Shown: positions 18,584 through 28,763, counted from the stretch's first letter. The stretch is 38,270 nucleotides of DNA from an uncultured Planctomycetia bacterium (GCA_964457005.1 CAYWDJ010000002.1:1-38270); one strand, 5' to 3'. The notes: a model not told the origin generated them from the letters alone. Numbers and translations: made by a program.

Positions 18584-19566
18584 TATGCTCCTTCCTTCAA
18601 AATGTTTTTATACATTTCCTCTCCCAGAACCGCCACCATCGCGGCATTGTCCGAGCAATATTCTCTTTCGGGTATAAAAAGTTCTATTTTCTCCTTCTCC
18701 GCTCTTTTCGTTATCCTGTCTCGAAGAAGCGTATTGTTCACAACACCCCCGCCTACAGCGAGCCTCTCTATCCCCGTTTGCCTGAGCGCCCTTTTAATTT
18801 TTTCGTCAACAATGTCAGAGACAGCTTCCTGAAAAGAAAAGCATACTCTCTTCTTTTCTTCTTCGGTTTTTTCAGCAGCTTTCCAGTGATACATTACCGC
18901 TGTTTTAATGCCGCTCAGACTGAAATCCAGGGAATCATCTCCCTTCAATAGCGCCCTCGGGAAGGGGATAGGGTCACTGCCGTCATATTCGGAAGCCAGA
19001 CGTTCAACAACCGGGCCTCCGGGATATCCCAGACCAAGAACCTTGGCAACTTTGTCGAACGCTTCCCCTATAGCATCGTCCCTGGTCCTGCCGATCACCT
19101 CAAAATCATCAAGTGCCCTACACAAATAGATACTCGTATGCCCTCCGGATATAACCATCCCCAGGAATGGGAACATATCGGGAGTGAGTGTAAACTCTCC
19201 GCCTGAGATGAAACACGATAAAATATGCCCATAGAGGTGATTCACTCCAACAACAGGTTTACCAGCCGCATAACTCAAGGCTTTAGCAAAAGCTGAACCG
19301 ACAAGTAAAGATCCGGGCAACCCCGGTTCATCGGTCATCGCGACCAGGTCTATGTCCTCAACTTTTATAGCAGCGTCTTCCATGGATTTTTCAAAGACCG
19401 AATACATATACTCAGTGTGATATCTCGACGCTATTTCCGGAACAACACCGCCATACTGCGCGTGAAGTTCGACACTGGACGACACTTCGTTCGAAAGCAC
19501 CTTTCCGTCACACACCACGCTTACGGCAGTCTCATCACATGAAGTTTCTATCCCCATAGTAATCAT
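18583..19566 (-). CDS. tsaD: tRNA N6-adenosine threonylcarbamoyltransferase
   Basis: GIETSCDETAV and VNHLYGHI motifs, 327 aa. No recognisable SD upstream. Confidence 0.92.
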   Translation of the reverse strand: MITMGIETSCDETAVSVVCDGKVLSNEVSSSVELHAQYGGVVPEIASRYHTEYMYSVFEKSMEDAAIKVEDIDLVAMTDEPGLPGSLLVGSAFAKALSYAAGKPVVGVNHLYGHILSCFISGGEFTLTPDMFPFLGMVISGGHTSIYLCRALDDFEVIGRTRDDAIGEAFDKVAKVLGLGYPGGPVVERLASEYDGSDPIPFPRALLKGDDSLDFSLSGIKTAVMYHWKAAEKTEEEKKRVCFSFQEAVSDIVDEKIKRALRQTGIERLAVGGGVVNNTLLRDRITKRAEKEKIELFIPEREYCSDNAAMVAVLGEEMYKNILKEGA

Positions 19567-19570
19567 ACTA

Positions 19571-19656
19571 GTAAGCTTTAAGCTTTAAGCTATAAGCTAT
19601 AAAAAGCTGTTTTAAACCTACAGCTTACAGCTTATAGCTTACAGCTATAAAAAGCT
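19571..19656. repeat. Inverted arrays of heptamer NTAAGCT (element A)
   Basis: GTAAGCT TTAAGCT TTAAGCT ATAAGCT at 19571-19598. Reverse units AGCTTAC AGCTTAT AGCTTAC at 19622-19642. AGCTATAAAAAGCT is present twice (19595-19608 and 19643-19656). Confidence 0.9.
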
Positions 19657-20515
19657 ATCTCCCTCCCTCTTCTACCATCTCAGCAAGGGTAACAAAACGT
19701 ATCCCTTCTGATTTCATCTGCGGCATATATTTCCTCAGCATTTTCACCGTTTTCGGACGGTCATGCCCTATGGCAACAACAGTTCCCTTTTCTATCGCCA
19801 TCTTACGTACCTTTTCTAACTGGGCACTGATGTACGCGTCATCGTTCTCGTTGTCGAGAAAAATTGACCTCTTGAGATACGGCACCCTCTTTTTCGCCGC
19901 TATCTCTTCGCACACCGAATCTCCGACAGTATACGAGTCCAGAAAAAATTTGTTTCGTTTTTTAATATCTGCGAGAACTATAGTCATTACCCTCTCGTCG
20001 GCCGTTGCTTTAGATCCCATATGGTTATTTGCGCCTACAGCCAAAGGAAGGGTTTTATGCGCGTGATTCAGGACCTCTCGTATCTCCGCACCGGTCATAT
20101 TTGTCATTATCGTATCTTCCTCAAGCCCCGAGGTCTGGTTCTTGGGCTCCATAGGAAGATGTATTATAGTTTCCAGGCCGTTCTCCCTCGCAAACTTATG
20201 AACCGCGGAAGCATACGGAGCTGACGGCAAAATAGCCAGGGTAACCGGAGCTTTAAGAGCCTTTATGTCCTGGAGGTTCTTCTTTGAATATCCAAAATCA
20301 TCCAGGACTATCGCTACCTGAGGAGCAGCCTTTGTGGGAACCGAAGCTTTACGCCTTACAGGTTTCTTCTCAATTTCCGATCTGCCGTGAAAAACCGCTA
20401 CAGTGTTTTCCAGCTTTGTGACCTTGCGTGACAGATTGCTTACCTTGAAAACAAGAACCAGCAAAATAGCGCAAAGTATAACACCTACACCTATCGCTAG
20501 CTTTCTACTGTCCAT
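19655..20515 (-). CDS. Divergent polysaccharide deacetylase (YibQ-like) family protein
   Basis: N-terminal TM segment, VAIVLDDFGYS and GANNHMGS motifs. Located downstream of ctpA with an 11-nt overlap. Confidence 0.72.
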   Translation of the reverse strand: MDSRKLAIGVGVILCAILLVLVFKVSNLSRKVTKLENTVAVFHGRSEIEKKPVRRKASVPTKAAPQVAIVLDDFGYSKKNLQDIKALKAPVTLAILPSAPYASAVHKFARENGLETIIHLPMEPKNQTSGLEEDTIMTNMTGAEIREVLNHAHKTLPLAVGANNHMGSKATADERVMTIVLADIKKRNKFFLDSYTVGDSVCEEIAAKKRVPYLKRSIFLDNENDDAYISAQLEKVRKMAIEKGTVVAIGHDRPKTVKMLRKYMPQMKSEGIRFVTLAEMVEEGGR

Positions 20516-21809
20516 TCGTCCCCTTGTATGCCTCGAATATCCTTGCGCCTTTAAGAACGTTCACAGCCGCCTGCAATTGGTTATCCTTTGCCAGAATGTC
20601 TTCGTCCTCATCTTCCGACTTCTCAACTTTTTCTTCTTTTTTCTTCTCGTCTTTGATCTTGCTGAATATTTCCTTTTTCTTCTCGTTCTCGGGATCTTTT
20701 TCTTCCGCCGGCCTGATCCTCTTAACAACTATATCGGGATCTATCCCCTTATCCCTTATGGTTCTTCCGGACGGAGTGTAATATGCTGCCGTGGTCAACC
20801 GGAGAGCCGATTTATCTTTAAGGCCTATAACCGTCTGGACTGAACCCTTACCAAAAGAGGTCTCCCCTACGAGAATGCCTCTTTTATTGTCTTTGATAGC
20901 GCCCGCCAGGATCTCTGCCGCGCTTGCCGAACCTCGGTTAATTATAATAACAAGATCCATCTCTTCAAAAACCGGCTCTTTTTTTGACTTGTATTCTTTA
21001 TGCAAGTCCTGGCTCCTGCCTTCTGTATAGACTATCATGGCACCCGGCCGCAAGAACTGATCAGCCACTTCAATTGACGACTCAAACAATCCCCCGGGGT
21101 TATTCCTAAGATCAATAACCAGGCTGGTAGCACCTTTATTTCTTAAGTCTTTGACAGTATTCCTAAAATCCCTTGCTGTCCTCTCCTGGAACTCTACCAG
21201 CTTAACATAAGCGATATCTCCGTCGATCACCCTAGCGTCTTTAATGCTTTTAAGTTTTATAACGGCTCTTTCTATCGCGAACTCGAGAAGCTCGTCAGTG
21301 TCCGGCCTTATTACAGTTATGGCAACCTCTGTCCCGGGCTCGCCCTTAAGCCTTTTAACCGCGTCATCCAGCGTCATTTCACGGGTAGTTTCTTCTCCTA
21401 TCTTTACGATCTTATCTCCCGCCTCTACGCCTGCGTCATAAGCCGGAGAATCCTCTATTGGGGCTATTACCGTAAGAACATCGTCTCGCATACCTATCTC
21501 TATCCCCACACCCCCGAACTCACCTTTTGTTTCTTCAGTGATCTCCTTAAAGCTCTCAGGATCCATAAACTCGCTATATCCATCCAGCGTCCCCATCATC
21601 CCTTTCATGGCTCCGTAAATGAGTTCCTTTGCCGTTACCGGCTCCACGTAGTCCTTGCTTATTATCGTTATGGAATCAGCGAAAAGCTCTGTCTGCTTAA
21701 AAAGTTCTTTTGGATCATCCGTTATATTCTCATCCTGCGCCACGGATACGGAAACAAGAACAACGGTTAAAAATAGTGCGAACAGAACTGATAGAATTTT
21801 TGATCTCAT
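20505..21809 (-). CDS. ctpA: Carboxyl-terminal processing protease (S41) with PDZ domain and K/E-rich insert
   Basis: Signal peptide, a PDZ region, NRGSASAAEILAG (Ser nucleophile) and TSFGKGSVQ (Lys). 434 aa. Confidence 0.87.
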   Translation of the reverse strand: MRSKILSVLFALFLTVVLVSVSVAQDENITDDPKELFKQTELFADSITIISKDYVEPVTAKELIYGAMKGMMGTLDGYSEFMDPESFKEITEETKGEFGGVGIEIGMRDDVLTVIAPIEDSPAYDAGVEAGDKIVKIGEETTREMTLDDAVKRLKGEPGTEVAITVIRPDTDELLEFAIERAVIKLKSIKDARVIDGDIAYVKLVEFQERTARDFRNTVKDLRNKGATSLVIDLRNNPGGLFESSIEVADQFLRPGAMIVYTEGRSQDLHKEYKSKKEPVFEEMDLVIIINRGSASAAEILAGAIKDNKRGILVGETSFGKGSVQTVIGLKDKSALRLTTAAYYTPSGRTIRDKGIDPDIVVKRIRPAEEKDPENEKKKEIFSKIKDEKKKEEKVEKSEDEDEDILAKDNQLQAAVNVLKGARIFEAYKGTNGQ

Positions 21810-21824
21810 ATGACCCTCCCGGAA

Positions 21825-23267
21825 TCATTCGGTAAGTTTACTTTTGAGCATATCTCCGACTAACTTTGGATTTGCTTTTCCCTTGGTCTCTTTCATTACC
21901 TGTCCGACCAGAAATCCTAAAGCATTTGTCTTGCCGCCCTTGTAGTCATTGACGGACTTTTCATTACTCGACATGACTTTGATGACAGCGTCTTCAAGAG
22001 CGCCTTCATCTGAAACCTGTTCCAGACCCTTATCTTTAACTATTTCCTCGGGGTCCATTCCCGTATCAATGCATTCCTTAAGAACCTCTTTCGCCGTTTT
22101 TGCGTTGATAACACCCTTCTTGGCCAAAGAGATAACGGACGCCAAAGCCTTGGGGTTAAGGTTAAGCCCTTCAAGGCTGACACCCTTTTCTTTTATGTGC
22201 ATCAGTATCTCGCCTTTGATCCAGTTACAGGCGGCTTGCGGATCTTTTAGCTCACAGACAACGTCTTCAAAAAAATCTGCTATACCTTTTTCAGCTGTAA
22301 GGATTTCAACGTCGGCTGCCGCTAATACATATTCCTTTAAAAACCTTTCTTTCCGATGAGCCGGGAGTTCAGGCAGTGTTTTCTTCATTTCTGCTATAAC
22401 AGAATTCTCTATCTCAAAAGGAACAAGATCGGGATCCGGGAAATACCTATAGTCATGCGACCCCTCTTTTGACCTCATTGAAAGGGTGATATTCTTATTC
22501 TCATCCCAGAGACGTGTTTCCTGTTTTATTGTTTCTCCATCGTCAAGCAAGTCTGCCTGACGATCCTGCTCGTATTCCAGGGCAGCCCTCACGGCCTTAA
22601 ACGAATTCAGGTTCTTGATCTCCACCTTACTTCCAAGTTCTGTCTCGCCTTTCTCTCTTAAGGATATGTTGGCATCACATCTCAAACTTCCCTCTTCCAT
22701 ATTACAGTCGGACACCTCAAGATACTTAATGATCTGCTTAAGCTCGGTCAGATAATCATACGCTTCCTGCGGAGAGCAAAGTTCCGGTTCTGAAACTATC
22801 TCCAAAAGAGGCGTTCCCGTACGGTTAAGATCAACATAACTTAAGTTGGGATCCCTGTCATGTATCAACTTGCCCGCGTCTTCTTCAAGATGAGCTCTTG
22901 TAATATTTATTACCTTCTCACCTTCATTACCGTCAGGGATCTTTATCGTACCATTATACGCAATCGGCATATCAAACTGGCTGATCTGGTAATTTTTTGG
23001 AAGGTCCGGATAGTAATAGTTCTTCCTGTCGAACTTCACGATTTTCTGGATCTCAAAACCAAAAGCTAAAGCCACCTTTATCGCAAATTCAAAAGCCTTA
23101 CGGTTCAAAACCGGAAGGACTCCGGGCTGGCCGAGACACACAGGACAAACATGAGAATTCGGTTCCGCCCCGAACTTGGTACTGCACGAACAGAACACCT
23201 TCGTGTTGGTATCAAGCTGGACATGCGCCTCTAGTCCTATTACCGTTTCATATTTACCGTTAGACAT
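21825..23267 (-). CDS. gatB: Asp/Glu-tRNA amidotransferase subunit B
   Basis: YETVIGLEAHVQL and CPVCLGQPGVLPV motifs, 480 aa. Confidence 0.95.
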   Translation of the reverse strand: MSNGKYETVIGLEAHVQLDTNTKVFCSCSTKFGAEPNSHVCPVCLGQPGVLPVLNRKAFEFAIKVALAFGFEIQKIVKFDRKNYYYPDLPKNYQISQFDMPIAYNGTIKIPDGNEGEKVINITRAHLEEDAGKLIHDRDPNLSYVDLNRTGTPLLEIVSEPELCSPQEAYDYLTELKQIIKYLEVSDCNMEEGSLRCDANISLREKGETELGSKVEIKNLNSFKAVRAALEYEQDRQADLLDDGETIKQETRLWDENKNITLSMRSKEGSHDYRYFPDPDLVPFEIENSVIAEMKKTLPELPAHRKERFLKEYVLAAADVEILTAEKGIADFFEDVVCELKDPQAACNWIKGEILMHIKEKGVSLEGLNLNPKALASVISLAKKGVINAKTAKEVLKECIDTGMDPEEIVKDKGLEQVSDEGALEDAVIKVMSSNEKSVNDYKGGKTNALGFLVGQVMKETKGKANPKLVGDMLKSKLTE

Positions 23268-23270
23268 ATT

Positions 23271-24722
23271 CTATTTATCTCCAGAAAACCTTTTATGATG
23301 ATCCGTGTTCATCTGAAAAGCCTGTCCCGTTTGTATCAAAATTTCTTCCTTGAAAGCCGGAGCCATAAGCTGAAGGCCCACCGGCATATCGTTCTCCCCG
23401 GTTCCACAAGGCATCGAAACCGCCGGTATCCCCGCAAGGTTAGCCGAGATCGTAAAGATGTCGGACAGATACATCTTCAGAGGATCATCCGTCTTCTCTC
23501 CTATCTTGAACGCGGTAGAAGGAGCTGTAGGAGTAAGCACAAGATCACATTCTTTGAACGCCTCTTTAAAATCATCGCTTATCTTTGTCCTGACCTTCTG
23601 GGCTTTAAGATAATATGCTTCATAATACCCACTCGAAAGCGCGTATGTACCAAGAAGTATTCTCCTCTTCGCCTCAGATCCAAACCCTTCGTTCCTGGAA
23701 GAGATATACATATCAATAAGCCCTTTCGGATCCTTGCTCCTGTGCCCGTAGTGTACCCCGTCATATCTTGAGAGATTGGAGCTAGCTTCCGCCGGTCCGA
23801 TTATATAGTAACAGCTCACCGCATACTTAGTATGCGGCAACGATATCTCTACCGTCTTGGCTCCCAGTTTTTTAAATACTTCTATGGCCTCATCTATCCT
23901 CATCTTTACTTCTTTGTCTATCCCCACCTGAAAATATTCTTGCGGAATGCCGATCGTAAGCCCTTTTATATCTTTTCCAAGAAAATCCGTATATTTCGGA
24001 ACTTCCACATTAACACTTGTAGAATCCTTAGGATCGTATCCGGAAATCACCTCCAAGAGAGCCGCGCAATCTTCCATCGTCCTTGTAAAAGGCCCTATCT
24101 GGTCCAGGCTTGAAGCGAATGCCATGAGTCCGTACCGTGAAACTCTGCCATATGTGGGCTTAAAACCGACAACTCCGCACATAGCCGCAGGCTGCCTGAT
24201 GGACCCTCCTGTATCTGACCCCAGTGCGGCCGCTACCTCGCCTGCCGCAACAGAAGCTGCCGATCCCCCGCTTGACCCGCCCGGAATACGTTCGGTATCC
24301 CACGGGTTATTTGTAGGCCCATAATAAGATGTTTCGCAACTCGAGCCGAACGCGAATTCATCCATGTTGGTGTGCCCAAGAATGAGAGCATCTGCCGCCA
24401 CAAGTTTTTCTATTACCGTGGCATTGTATGGAGGCCGGAACCCGTCAAGAATATGAGATCCGCTTGTTGTAAGCTGATCCTTGATGCAGATATTATCTTT
24501 TATCCCTACGGGAACTCCCCACAAAAGCCCCTTGCCGGGCTTTCCTTCAAGCTCCATCGCCCTCTCTTTCACCTGTGAGGGATCGATGTCGACAAAGGCC
24601 TTAATGTCCTTATCAATGGAAATAGCCCTGTCAACGAGAGAAACTGCCTCTTCAGCAAAAGAACCTGTCTTAGCTTTCAGATAAGTGTTATAGTTTTTAA
24701 TGCTAGAAAGAATGTCTTCCAT
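23271..24722 (-). CDS. gatA: Asp/Glu-tRNA amidotransferase subunit A
   Basis: Amidase signature GGSSGGSAASVAAG, 483 aa. Confidence 0.95.
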   Translation of the reverse strand: MEDILSSIKNYNTYLKAKTGSFAEEAVSLVDRAISIDKDIKAFVDIDPSQVKERAMELEGKPGKGLLWGVPVGIKDNICIKDQLTTSGSHILDGFRPPYNATVIEKLVAADALILGHTNMDEFAFGSSCETSYYGPTNNPWDTERIPGGSSGGSAASVAAGEVAAALGSDTGGSIRQPAAMCGVVGFKPTYGRVSRYGLMAFASSLDQIGPFTRTMEDCAALLEVISGYDPKDSTSVNVEVPKYTDFLGKDIKGLTIGIPQEYFQVGIDKEVKMRIDEAIEVFKKLGAKTVEISLPHTKYAVSCYYIIGPAEASSNLSRYDGVHYGHRSKDPKGLIDMYISSRNEGFGSEAKRRILLGTYALSSGYYEAYYLKAQKVRTKISDDFKEAFKECDLVLTPTAPSTAFKIGEKTDDPLKMYLSDIFTISANLAGIPAVSMPCGTGENDMPVGLQLMAPAFKEEILIQTGQAFQMNTDHHKRFSGDK

Positions 24723-24724
24723 TA

Positions 24725-25051
24725 TTACGAGTCTTTTATTACCTTGGGAACGTTAAAGAAATTATCCTTCTGAAGCGGAGCATTTTGAAGTGCTTCGGAA
24801 GGAGAAAGCGATGGTTTCAATTCATCTTCCCTGAACACGTTTTTCATCGTGGGAAGAACATGTGTAGTGGGCAAAGTATCGCTGACGTCGACTTCATCCA
24901 GCTGGTCGATATACTCCAAAATACTCGAAAGCTGCCCTTTAAATTGCGCCACTTCTTCCTCATTCAGGCTCAGCCTGGAAAGATTGGCCACGTACCGGAC
25001 AACTTCTTCGGTAATAACTATATTTTTACCCTCTTTACCCATGATAGGCAT
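24725..25051 (-). CDS. gatC: Asp/Glu-tRNA amidotransferase subunit C
   Basis: ITEEVVRYVANLSRLSLNEEE is typical GatC. The start may instead be the second ATG at 25042. Confidence 0.85.
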   Translation of the reverse strand: MPIMGKEGKNIVITEEVVRYVANLSRLSLNEEEVAQFKGQLSSILEYIDQLDEVDVSDTLPTTHVLPTMKNVFREDELKPSLSPSEALQNAPLQKDNFFNVPKVIKDS

Positions 25052-25115
25052 ACAATATCATAGTAATATATAAAAGTCAATATACTATATATTGTGGTAT
25101 ATGTTATTTTATGTA

Positions 25116-25949
25116 CTAGGACAGCTTATTTGAGATCCTGGCGAATTCTTCCAATGACAGGTCCTCTGCCCTTGAAGATGTGCTAATTTCAAGTTCGGTC
25201 AATATCGAGGTCCACTCGGACTTGGACAGTCCCTTAATATCTCCGGACGACAGTGGATTAAGCATCATTTTTCGTCTTTCGCTGAAGGCCCTGCGTATGA
25301 TTCTGAAGAAAAGTTCTTCATCTTTGACCTTCACCCTGGGCTCATCAAGTATGTCCAGCCTTAAAAGACAGGATTCAACCTGAGGTTTGGGATAAAAACA
25401 GCCCTTTTTGATCTTAAAGACTTTTTTAACGGCAGCAAAATACTGTATGAAACAACTTATCGAACCGCATGCCCTGGTTCCGGGGGGAGCCGCTATCCTG
25501 ACGGCAAGTTCATCCTGCACAACCAGAAATGCGCTGGTAACAGATCCCCTTTGTTCCAGTATTTTTTCTATTATGGGAGTCGTTATATAGTACGGCACAT
25601 TTCCGCATATTTTCACTTTTCCGCCATCTGCATGTTTTGATATGTCGACTTTCAGAAAATCATCTTGAAATAAAAAAACATTCCCGGCCGCGTCAAAAAC
25701 AGGCTTCATGATAGCGCAAACCTTAGGATCTTTTTCGATGGCAATGACTTTTTTGCAGCGGCTCGCGATAGACGATGTCATGGCTCCAAGTCCCGGTCCG
25801 ATTTCCATGACAGTCTCATCGCACGCTATTGAATAGGCATTGAGGATCTTATCTCTAACATTATCATCAGCCAGAAAATTCTGTCCAAGCCTTTTGTTTG
25901 GCTTGAATCCATTCTCGGAACATATTTTTTTTATGTAGTTCACACTCAT
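25116..25949 (-). CDS. rsmA: 16S rRNA (adenine1518/1519-N6)-dimethyltransferase
   Basis: LGQNFL and EIGPGLGAMT motifs, 277 aa. Confidence 0.92.
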   Translation of the reverse strand: MSVNYIKKICSENGFKPNKRLGQNFLADDNVRDKILNAYSIACDETVMEIGPGLGAMTSSIASRCKKVIAIEKDPKVCAIMKPVFDAAGNVFLFQDDFLKVDISKHADGGKVKICGNVPYYITTPIIEKILEQRGSVTSAFLVVQDELAVRIAAPPGTRACGSISCFIQYFAAVKKVFKIKKGCFYPKPQVESCLLRLDILDEPRVKVKDEELFFRIIRRAFSERRKMMLNPLSSGDIKGLSKSEWTSILTELEISTSSRAEDLSLEEFARISNKLS

Positions 25950-25957
25950 TGATAGTC

Positions 25958-26923
25958 CTACGACGTTACCGCGTCTATAGCAAGACGGATAGCGTGTGTA
26001 ATTGATTCGGGTGAAGCTACACCCTTGCCGGCTATATCGAAAGCGGTTCCATGATCCGGTGACGTCCTGACATCATCAAGTCCCAAAGTCATATTCACGC
26101 CATTATCAAAATCTACCATTTTAAAGGCCGTTAAACATTGGTCATGATACATGGCAACAACGATGTCGATATCCTTTTTCAATGCCTTATAAAAGATCAC
26201 ATCCGATGGTATGGGCCCAACGATGTTTTTGTATACGCGCTTCGCGTTTTCAATAGCCGGAACGATTATTCTGGCTTCTTCATCACCAATCCTTCCTCCC
26301 TCGCCGCTATGGGGATTGAGACCGCAAACACCAATAACGGGATCTTCTTTCCCGGATATCATTTTTCGCGCGTCTATGACCTGTTTAAGCGTACCCAGAA
26401 TAACATCTTCATTAAGATTGGACGCAACATCTTTCAGGGGAATATGTCTAGTAACAGGAATGGCTTTAAGGGTATTACCAACAAAGGCCATCGTAACCAG
26501 ATCGGAACCGTAAGCCTCCTGCAAAAACTCTGTGTGCCCTATAAATCCGGGGAGAACCTCAGCTGACTTTTCCTTACTTAAAGGCGCGGTAACAAGGGCT
26601 TGCGTGGATCCGCTCTTGTTTTCCCGCATCAACTTAACAGCAAGAGACAAACTATCAATAGCTTTTTTTGCTCCGGAGATAGTTGGCGCTCCAAATGAAG
26701 TGTCAGAGATATCTCCACCCGGATCCATTACCTCAAAAGGTTCTTCCAATCCGGAAGCAGAAATTAGTTTTTCAAACAAAGGGGCATCCCCGACAATTAT
26801 AAAATTGGCAAGCCCGTTTATTTCCGGGCTTGCCAATGATTTTACAATTATCTCCGGGCCGATCCCCGCGGGATCTCCCATAGTTATAAATATTTTGGGC
26901 TTATTTGTACGAGATGTATGCAT
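25958..26923 (-). CDS. pdxA: 4-hydroxythreonine-4-phosphate dehydrogenase
   Basis: ITMGDPAGIGPEI and GLNPHSGEGG motifs. The ORF-track start 26953 is TTG. ATG at 26923 is preferred, though it still overlaps the upstream gene by 23 nt. Confidence 0.9.
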   Translation of the reverse strand: MHTSRTNKPKIFITMGDPAGIGPEIIVKSLASPEINGLANFIIVGDAPLFEKLISASGLEEPFEVMDPGGDISDTSFGAPTISGAKKAIDSLSLAVKLMRENKSGSTQALVTAPLSKEKSAEVLPGFIGHTEFLQEAYGSDLVTMAFVGNTLKAIPVTRHIPLKDVASNLNEDVILGTLKQVIDARKMISGKEDPVIGVCGLNPHSGEGGRIGDEEARIIVPAIENAKRVYKNIVGPIPSDVIFYKALKKDIDIVVAMYHDQCLTAFKMVDFDNGVNMTLGLDDVRTSPDHGTAFDIAGKGVASPESITHAIRLAIDAVTS

Positions 26924-27869
26924 TTTTTCTTTGATCCTGCATCCACTTGCCAAGTTCCTGCTGAAATTTATTCATGAACAGCTGCTGCCGAAGATAATCG
27001 CTGACTTCAGGGAAATCCATCTTACGTGATTCCTCTATCCCATCAACCTTGAATAGATGGTAACCAATACGGGTCTCTACTATGTCTGACACCTCCCCAT
27101 TTTTCAAAGAAAAAATAGTTTCATCTATTTCCTTGATGGTCTGACCAGGCGAAACATAACCCATGTCTCCTCCCTTCGGAGCATATGGATCTTCGGATTC
27201 GGCCTTGGCAATTTCGGAAAAGTCCCCACCCTTATCCAGCTTTTTTTTGATGGCTTCTATTTTCTTTTTCGGGGCCATGTCTTCAGGGTTCTCGCTTTTC
27301 TTAACCGCTATGCTCTGCACCTTGGCTCTTTTGGGAGATACAAGCTTATCCTCGTTCTTATCGTAGAGATCGCGTATTTCCTGCGGAGAAACAACGATTG
27401 TTGACCCTACTTCCTGTTCAACAAGGGCCTGCGCGAGCATCTGATCTTTTATTTCCTTTTGAAACTCTGTAAAGTTAGTGCCTTTGTCACTCAATGCCTT
27501 CAAGAATTCGTCTTCTGAGGGATAGTACTTCTGCACTTCGTCAATTCTCTCGGCAAGCACCGCCTCGTCAATTTTAACTTTATTCTTCTTGGCAAGACTT
27601 ATGGCTATCTTCGAATCTATAAGCTGATTCAATATGCCTTTTCTGGCCTCTTCAACGCGGCTCGACAGTTCTGTTCCCTTGAACCTTGCCTCATAATCGG
27701 CTTTCATTGGAGCAAATGCCCTGTCAAATTCACGCTGGGTAACAACCTCGTCGTTAACGACAACAATAACCTTATCTACTACCTCGGCAAAAGACGCCTG
27801 GGCCAAAGAAATAGAAAGCGTTAAAACAAGTAAAGTCATAAGCTTTTTCGCTAAGTTTCTAAACATCAT
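26901..27869 (-). CDS. surA: SurA-like periplasmic chaperone / parvulin-type PPIase (single parvulin domain)
   Basis: Signal peptide, GGDMGYVSPGQ...IGYHLFKV parvulin motif, and synteny with pdxA-rsmA. The ATG at 27881 is part of the SD-like AUGGAGGG, so ATG at 27869 is preferred. Confidence 0.62.
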   Translation of the reverse strand: MMFRNLAKKLMTLLVLTLSISLAQASFAEVVDKVIVVVNDEVVTQREFDRAFAPMKADYEARFKGTELSSRVEEARKGILNQLIDSKIAISLAKKNKVKIDEAVLAERIDEVQKYYPSEDEFLKALSDKGTNFTEFQKEIKDQMLAQALVEQEVGSTIVVSPQEIRDLYDKNEDKLVSPKRAKVQSIAVKKSENPEDMAPKKKIEAIKKKLDKGGDFSEIAKAESEDPYAPKGGDMGYVSPGQTIKEIDETIFSLKNGEVSDIVETRIGYHLFKVDGIEESRKMDFPEVSDYLRQQLFMNKFQQELGKWMQDQRKNAYISYK

Positions 27870-28716
27870 TTTTCCCTCCATTGTTTTGTTCCTCTAATAC
27901 TTCTGTATTGATCTCAATTTCCGTATCTTTTCTTAATTTCCTTAAAAGTTCGTTAAACATTTTCTGTTTCTGTTCGGTCCGCAAACTGGACTGAATATTG
28001 TCAGACACCTGCTCCAGGGGCCTGGGCTGGGGTTGGCGTCTATCCGTCATCTTTATGATATGATACCCCAGTTTTGTCTTTACGACTCCGCTTATCTCTC
28101 CTACATCGAGAGCCGCGCAAGCTCGTTCAAACTCAGGCATAAGCTGGCCTTTTGGAAAGTATCCTACGTCCCCTCCCTTTTGCGCCGTGGGATCAACCGA
28201 CTTAGTCCTCGCCACAGCCTCAAAATCAGCTCCGGAGTTCAGCTGTTCAAGGATAACCTCTGCCTCCTCACGTGTTGGCAGCAAAATATGTGAAACCCTC
28301 ATTATCTCAGCTGTTTTGTATTTGTCCTTATTCTGCTCGTAATAGTCTTCAATGTCTTCTTCATTTATAACGACAGCGCCATCAACATTATCTTTCAGGT
28401 ATTTGGCAATTATTATTTTTTTCCTCGCCTCGTTAACTATTTTGACAACTTCCGGATCCTTCTGTGTTCCGGTTCTCAGGGCTTCCTGATAAAGTAATGA
28501 GTCATTGATAACTTCTTGGAGAAATTCTTCTTTCCTGGTTCTTGCTATCTCCTGATATCGCTCGGGAAGCCTTGACACCCTGTCGTCAAGATCAGCCCGG
28601 GTTATTTTGGTATCTCCAACCCTGGCCACGACATCTTTACCGTTAGATCCGGATCCGCATCCGGAAAGGATAAAGGCAGCGCATAAAATTATGATTATTA
28701 ATCTATATCCGAACAT
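27859..28716 (-). CDS. PrsA/PpiC-type peptidylprolyl isomerase lipoprotein
   Basis: Lipobox LSGC at residues 17-20. GGDVGYFPKGQ...LGYHIIKM parvulin motif. Confidence 0.7.
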   Translation of the reverse strand: MFGYRLIIIILCAAFILSGCGSGSNGKDVVARVGDTKITRADLDDRVSRLPERYQEIARTRKEEFLQEVINDSLLYQEALRTGTQKDPEVVKIVNEARKKIIIAKYLKDNVDGAVVINEEDIEDYYEQNKDKYKTAEIMRVSHILLPTREEAEVILEQLNSGADFEAVARTKSVDPTAQKGGDVGYFPKGQLMPEFERACAALDVGEISGVVKTKLGYHIIKMTDRRQPQPRPLEQVSDNIQSSLRTEQKQKMFNELLRKLRKDTEIEINTEVLEEQNNGGKNDV

Positions 28717-28763
28717 ACTCGTCTTCTTCTGGTTACTGATAATTGTCTATATGAATATGATAT

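Noticed and set aside
25052-25115. Possible leaderless gatC: TTGACT, 17 nt, TATTGT ending immediately at the first ATG.
   Set aside because: The -10 match is weak. The AT-rich spacer offers several alternative hexamers. Nothing distinguishes this from chance without TSS data.
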